From Amphiscolops sp. MND2022 (lineage: Eukaryota), in NCBI GenBank assembly GCA_964187785.1, contig OZ076409.1:21454001-21518000 (forward strand): DNA of 64,000 nucleotides, written 5' to 3'. A model generated the notes under the pieces. It made no database searches. It was not told the origin of the DNA and saw nothing but the letters and a program-made list of their open reading frames with translations. Shown here one piece after another: positions 60,476 to 64,000 of this stretch (its first letter is position 1; the number at the start of each line of letters is the position of its first letter). The translations under genes and the position numbers were made by a program.

Positions 60476-63400
60476 GTAAGGAAGAGAAAAGGTTCGCTGA
60501 TAGGCTATGTGTTACGATAACCGAAAGATACTAATTTAACAAGAGTTAGCAAGTTGAGAATAATGTTACTCAGCAGTCTTGAACATTTAAATGTTTTTAA
60601 TTTTTATTTAAAAGCAAAAATCGGTTTCAGGTTGTCCTTACAAGACGGCCATGTATGGTTACTAAATATCACTGTGGAAGGTATCATGTTTCTAAGATTT
60701 CACATGTGACAAAGTGCTAAAGTTGCTAAAGTAGTTGTATGGAAGATTCCAGGCTGTATCTGGCAACTAATTGGGTCTTTAGTTGGCCGTAGTAGTTGGC
60801 ATTGTTCCTCTGGTCGTCTTGCCGTCCGGAACTCCATGAAATAAGTCCTGAGACAATAAATAGTTGTTGAGTTAGTCGGTATGTTTTTCACAAAATCAAA
60901 CATGACTGGCTGTGGTATATTTTGAAGTCTTGTCTACGCCGTTTGCAAATAATTATTCAACGTTTTTAAACTTTTATTTTTTTACACAGCATGGTTCATG
61001 GTAAAATTATCTGAAGCACAATTTTGAAAACATACTTCTAAAACTTGATGTCGAATATCTAAAAATCAACAAACAGCAACTTTTTTCGAAGAATATTGAA
61101 ACCCGAATGGAAAATCAGTTCCAATTATTTGCACCTGCTTTCACTGGAAATATTCATATAACATGTCTTCTAATATTTGCTTTTCATTTCAACAAGTCGC
61201 TCCGCCAAAAAGTCTGTTCTCCTCGTTTGTAATTTTTGGGGCGTGTTTTCCCACCACATAATCACATTAAGGTGTGTATCCATACCATGCATCAGTGCTC
61301 ACGCTGATTCGACACTCAAGTCTCAGAAGTGAAAGTCAATTCAGCAGCATGTCACTTTCCAAGACCCTTTAATTGATTAGTGCGAGCGAGGCACTCGAAA
61401 CAAGTTCAATTTTGGGGTCAGTTCGGATCCAACGACAATGACTTCACTACCTCAAGTACTCCCGCCCCTTCTCTTAACACCTAATGCCTCTCCTTATTCT
61501 TCAATTTGCGCAAATTGCGAGGGGGGAGATTGTAGTTAGTTCTTTTCCATCCCTCCTCCACTCGCATTTCCCGCTTATCATTTTACTCACTTAGTTAGAT
61601 CCCCTTTCTCCGGAGGTTGCAATTAGTTTTAACGACACGGAATCACACTTACTTAACGGTTATTGACTGCTTCTTAACAAAAGTAACAACCAAGTGAATA
61701 AAATATAACGATTATCTCTACAAATCCAGTTAACAATTCCTTAAAAACCGATTTTTTTCTAAGTGCGTTCAATTAAGTTCGAATCTCAATCACACGAGCT
61801 AAAACTCTTTAGTTCGTTCTCAACAAAATCTCTGTGGATGTTTCCCAGTTTCAGTCGAGAAACAATTTTATGATGAAAAATCATGCAAACCAATTTTGAT
61901 TGTGCTTTTTTTCTTTTTTGTTCACTTCGTGACGTAATTACATCACGTGTTACGTTCTCTTGAGACCGACTGCAGTTGAAAGCGAAAGGTTGCACAATTG
62001 TGTGACGGACAGGTACTCAGCGATAACTGTTCCCTGAAGTATTGCATTTTGAATTTGTGACAATTTTTGAATTTAAAATTCAATTTTGAAAGCATAATGA
62101 GGTAATAGAGCGTAAATGTTTCTTGCCAACCAAATTATACGTGTGGAAATGTCCGCAATTATCGCCCTTACAATTGACTGCTGTCAGCATAATTGAATCC
62201 TGAAAAAAGCGCATTGGTCTTTTAATCGATCCCAAATTTGAAAAGTTAAACCTCAAAAGCGCAATATTTTTTCAACTCTCCCAGGTAAACCAAGCATACA
62301 CAATCAAAATTGAATCACTAAAATTAGCTTCGGGGTCTTAGATCGATCTTACGTGACGCCGTGTAATGTATGAATGCTGCAATTCATGAATGTTTCTTAC
62401 ATAAAACATGCAAGTTGTCAGATAAGATGTATGCGCACATATGTGCCCGCATAGGAACTTTTGCCCCTGGGCAACTGTCATTTTTATGTTCAAGATGTTC
62501 TGTGTCACTGGCAAGAGTATTTTGTGTCTGTATTTAATGTCGGCTATTTGCGTCCGATGATTTGCATTGTTGTACGCGGGTGAGGGTCGCCGTTTGGCCT
62601 CAGGTAAATCCATGATTTTCCACTTGCATAATTTCATTCCATTCTCATGAATTACCCCCATGGACGCAAGTAAGCTGGTTCCCCAGCCGTATTCAACCAC
62701 ACACGTCACATCACACCGTTCAGACTTGCTCCTTCTTAAAATTTCTTCTACCCTCCATTTTTCAACTTCTTGTTTTAATATTCCCGCATTTTTCCATTCT
62801 TTTTGTCTTGTCTTCTGTTGCTGTGGAACTAGGAACAAGAAAGCGGCATTAGAAGATGCTGTTGTGGCTGCTTTCTCTGCCACAGTGGTGTCCCGTTTAA
62901 TCAAACAACAGTGGGCCGCTTCTTTTTATTTCCCATTTTTCTTTCCCTACATTTTGATGTGCCTTCTCTTTTGCTCCAGCTTGCGTCTATTCCAGCCAAC
63001 TAACTATGCTTATTCTGAGTTAAGTTGACTTGTCATTCGTGTTGTCTTTACCATCGCAAGAACTACCCCGCAAAATAGAAAAGCAAGCAAAAATAAAAAA
63101 AAGTATGAGAAATCTGGAATATAGCCTTATTTTCGCCACTCATAAAGTTGCCCGATTTTTCCGAGCTGAATTAAATTCTCTGTCATTGTGTCTGTGCGCG
63201 CTTGTCCAATTCAATTCGAAGCGACCAACTTTCATCGACTAAAAATGTCTCTGGGGTTATGTGTGTATGTGCTTTGCATCCAAAGTGTGAACACTTTTCA
63301 TGCTTCAAAACTTTAATCTTTCATTCATTATTCAACACCCAGTGAAAAGAGAGGCAAACTTCAATGCCTACTTTTCTCCCATTTCTCCACCTCGCGTTTC

Positions 63401-64000
63401 CATCTCTCTCTCTCCCTTTTGTTCCCTCTAGTCTATCTTATCCCAAATCCTTGAAAACTGTGGCTGCGGGGCCGAGGGGCCTATTGAATAACTAACTTCT
63501 GCTTTTTTACTCCTTTTACTTTTCCCCTTACATAACCTGCGCATTATAATCCGTGCTTTGAGTGTGACGTGCTGCCATAACTAGTGTAGAACTCTCGACC
63601 CAATTTCATAAATGTGCAACTTTTTTGCAGTCGTGCGCGCGGTCGCCTCTGTGGCAAGTAGTGATTAGCTGGCTGAGTTACGGGAACTTTAACTGATTAT
63701 AACTCCATTCTAACAATCCTATCTTCACCACCACCTGAGTCTGGGCCAGCGCTCTCAAAACCCATTTCTCGCTAGCCCCCATCCCTTTTCAACTCCTCGC
63801 TTTCAAGTCCCAGAAGTGTAACATACAATCTATGCGTACTAAACCGCCACTACATATAAATATTTCACCATACCTGTATTTTTATATGTATAAACATCCG
63901 GCCCTGTAACTTTTCACCCTACTTGTAATTCTCAGTCTGCTGCTATCGTAGTTTATCTCTTTGACTTTGTGAAAGTTGCCCCTCGCTGATAGAAAGAAAC

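Noticed and set aside
62338..63028. Overlapping 188-aa (-) and 122-aa (+) ORFs
   Set aside because: No domain, non-ATG or weak starts, and no convincing splice sites; probably chance ORFs.

Overview
This is AT-rich, repeat-dense eukaryotic (probably invertebrate animal) genomic DNA. The main feature is a complete 15,047-bp Polinton/Maverick (adintovirus-like endogenous virus) at 13945-28991, with 310-bp terminal inverted repeats (TIRs) starting AGTAGT and a perfect 6-bp target-site duplication (TSD, CGCGAC). It encodes a protein-primed PolB (one frameshift, one nonsense codon), a retroviral-like integrase, a major capsid protein, a frameshifted penton, an adenain-like protease, two divergent packaging ATPases and several accessory ORFs. 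Unusual features inside it: (i) a ~245-nt tRNA-like, hairpin-rich candidate Pol III RNA beside the left TIR; (ii) ATAAATG, matching the poxvirus late initiator TAAATG, at every gene start; (iii) a CpG-rich quasi-palindromic ~12-bp micro-repeat spread through genes and spacers; (iv) a 178-bp promoter/N-terminus duplication. The flanks hold many Helentron/DINE-1-like non-autonomous elements (one tandem array), hAT and Tc1/mariner MITEs, a hAT transposase fragment, a decayed LINE, and three frame-compatible exons of a host gene with an eh1 motif. All calls come from reading the sequence; no database search was run.
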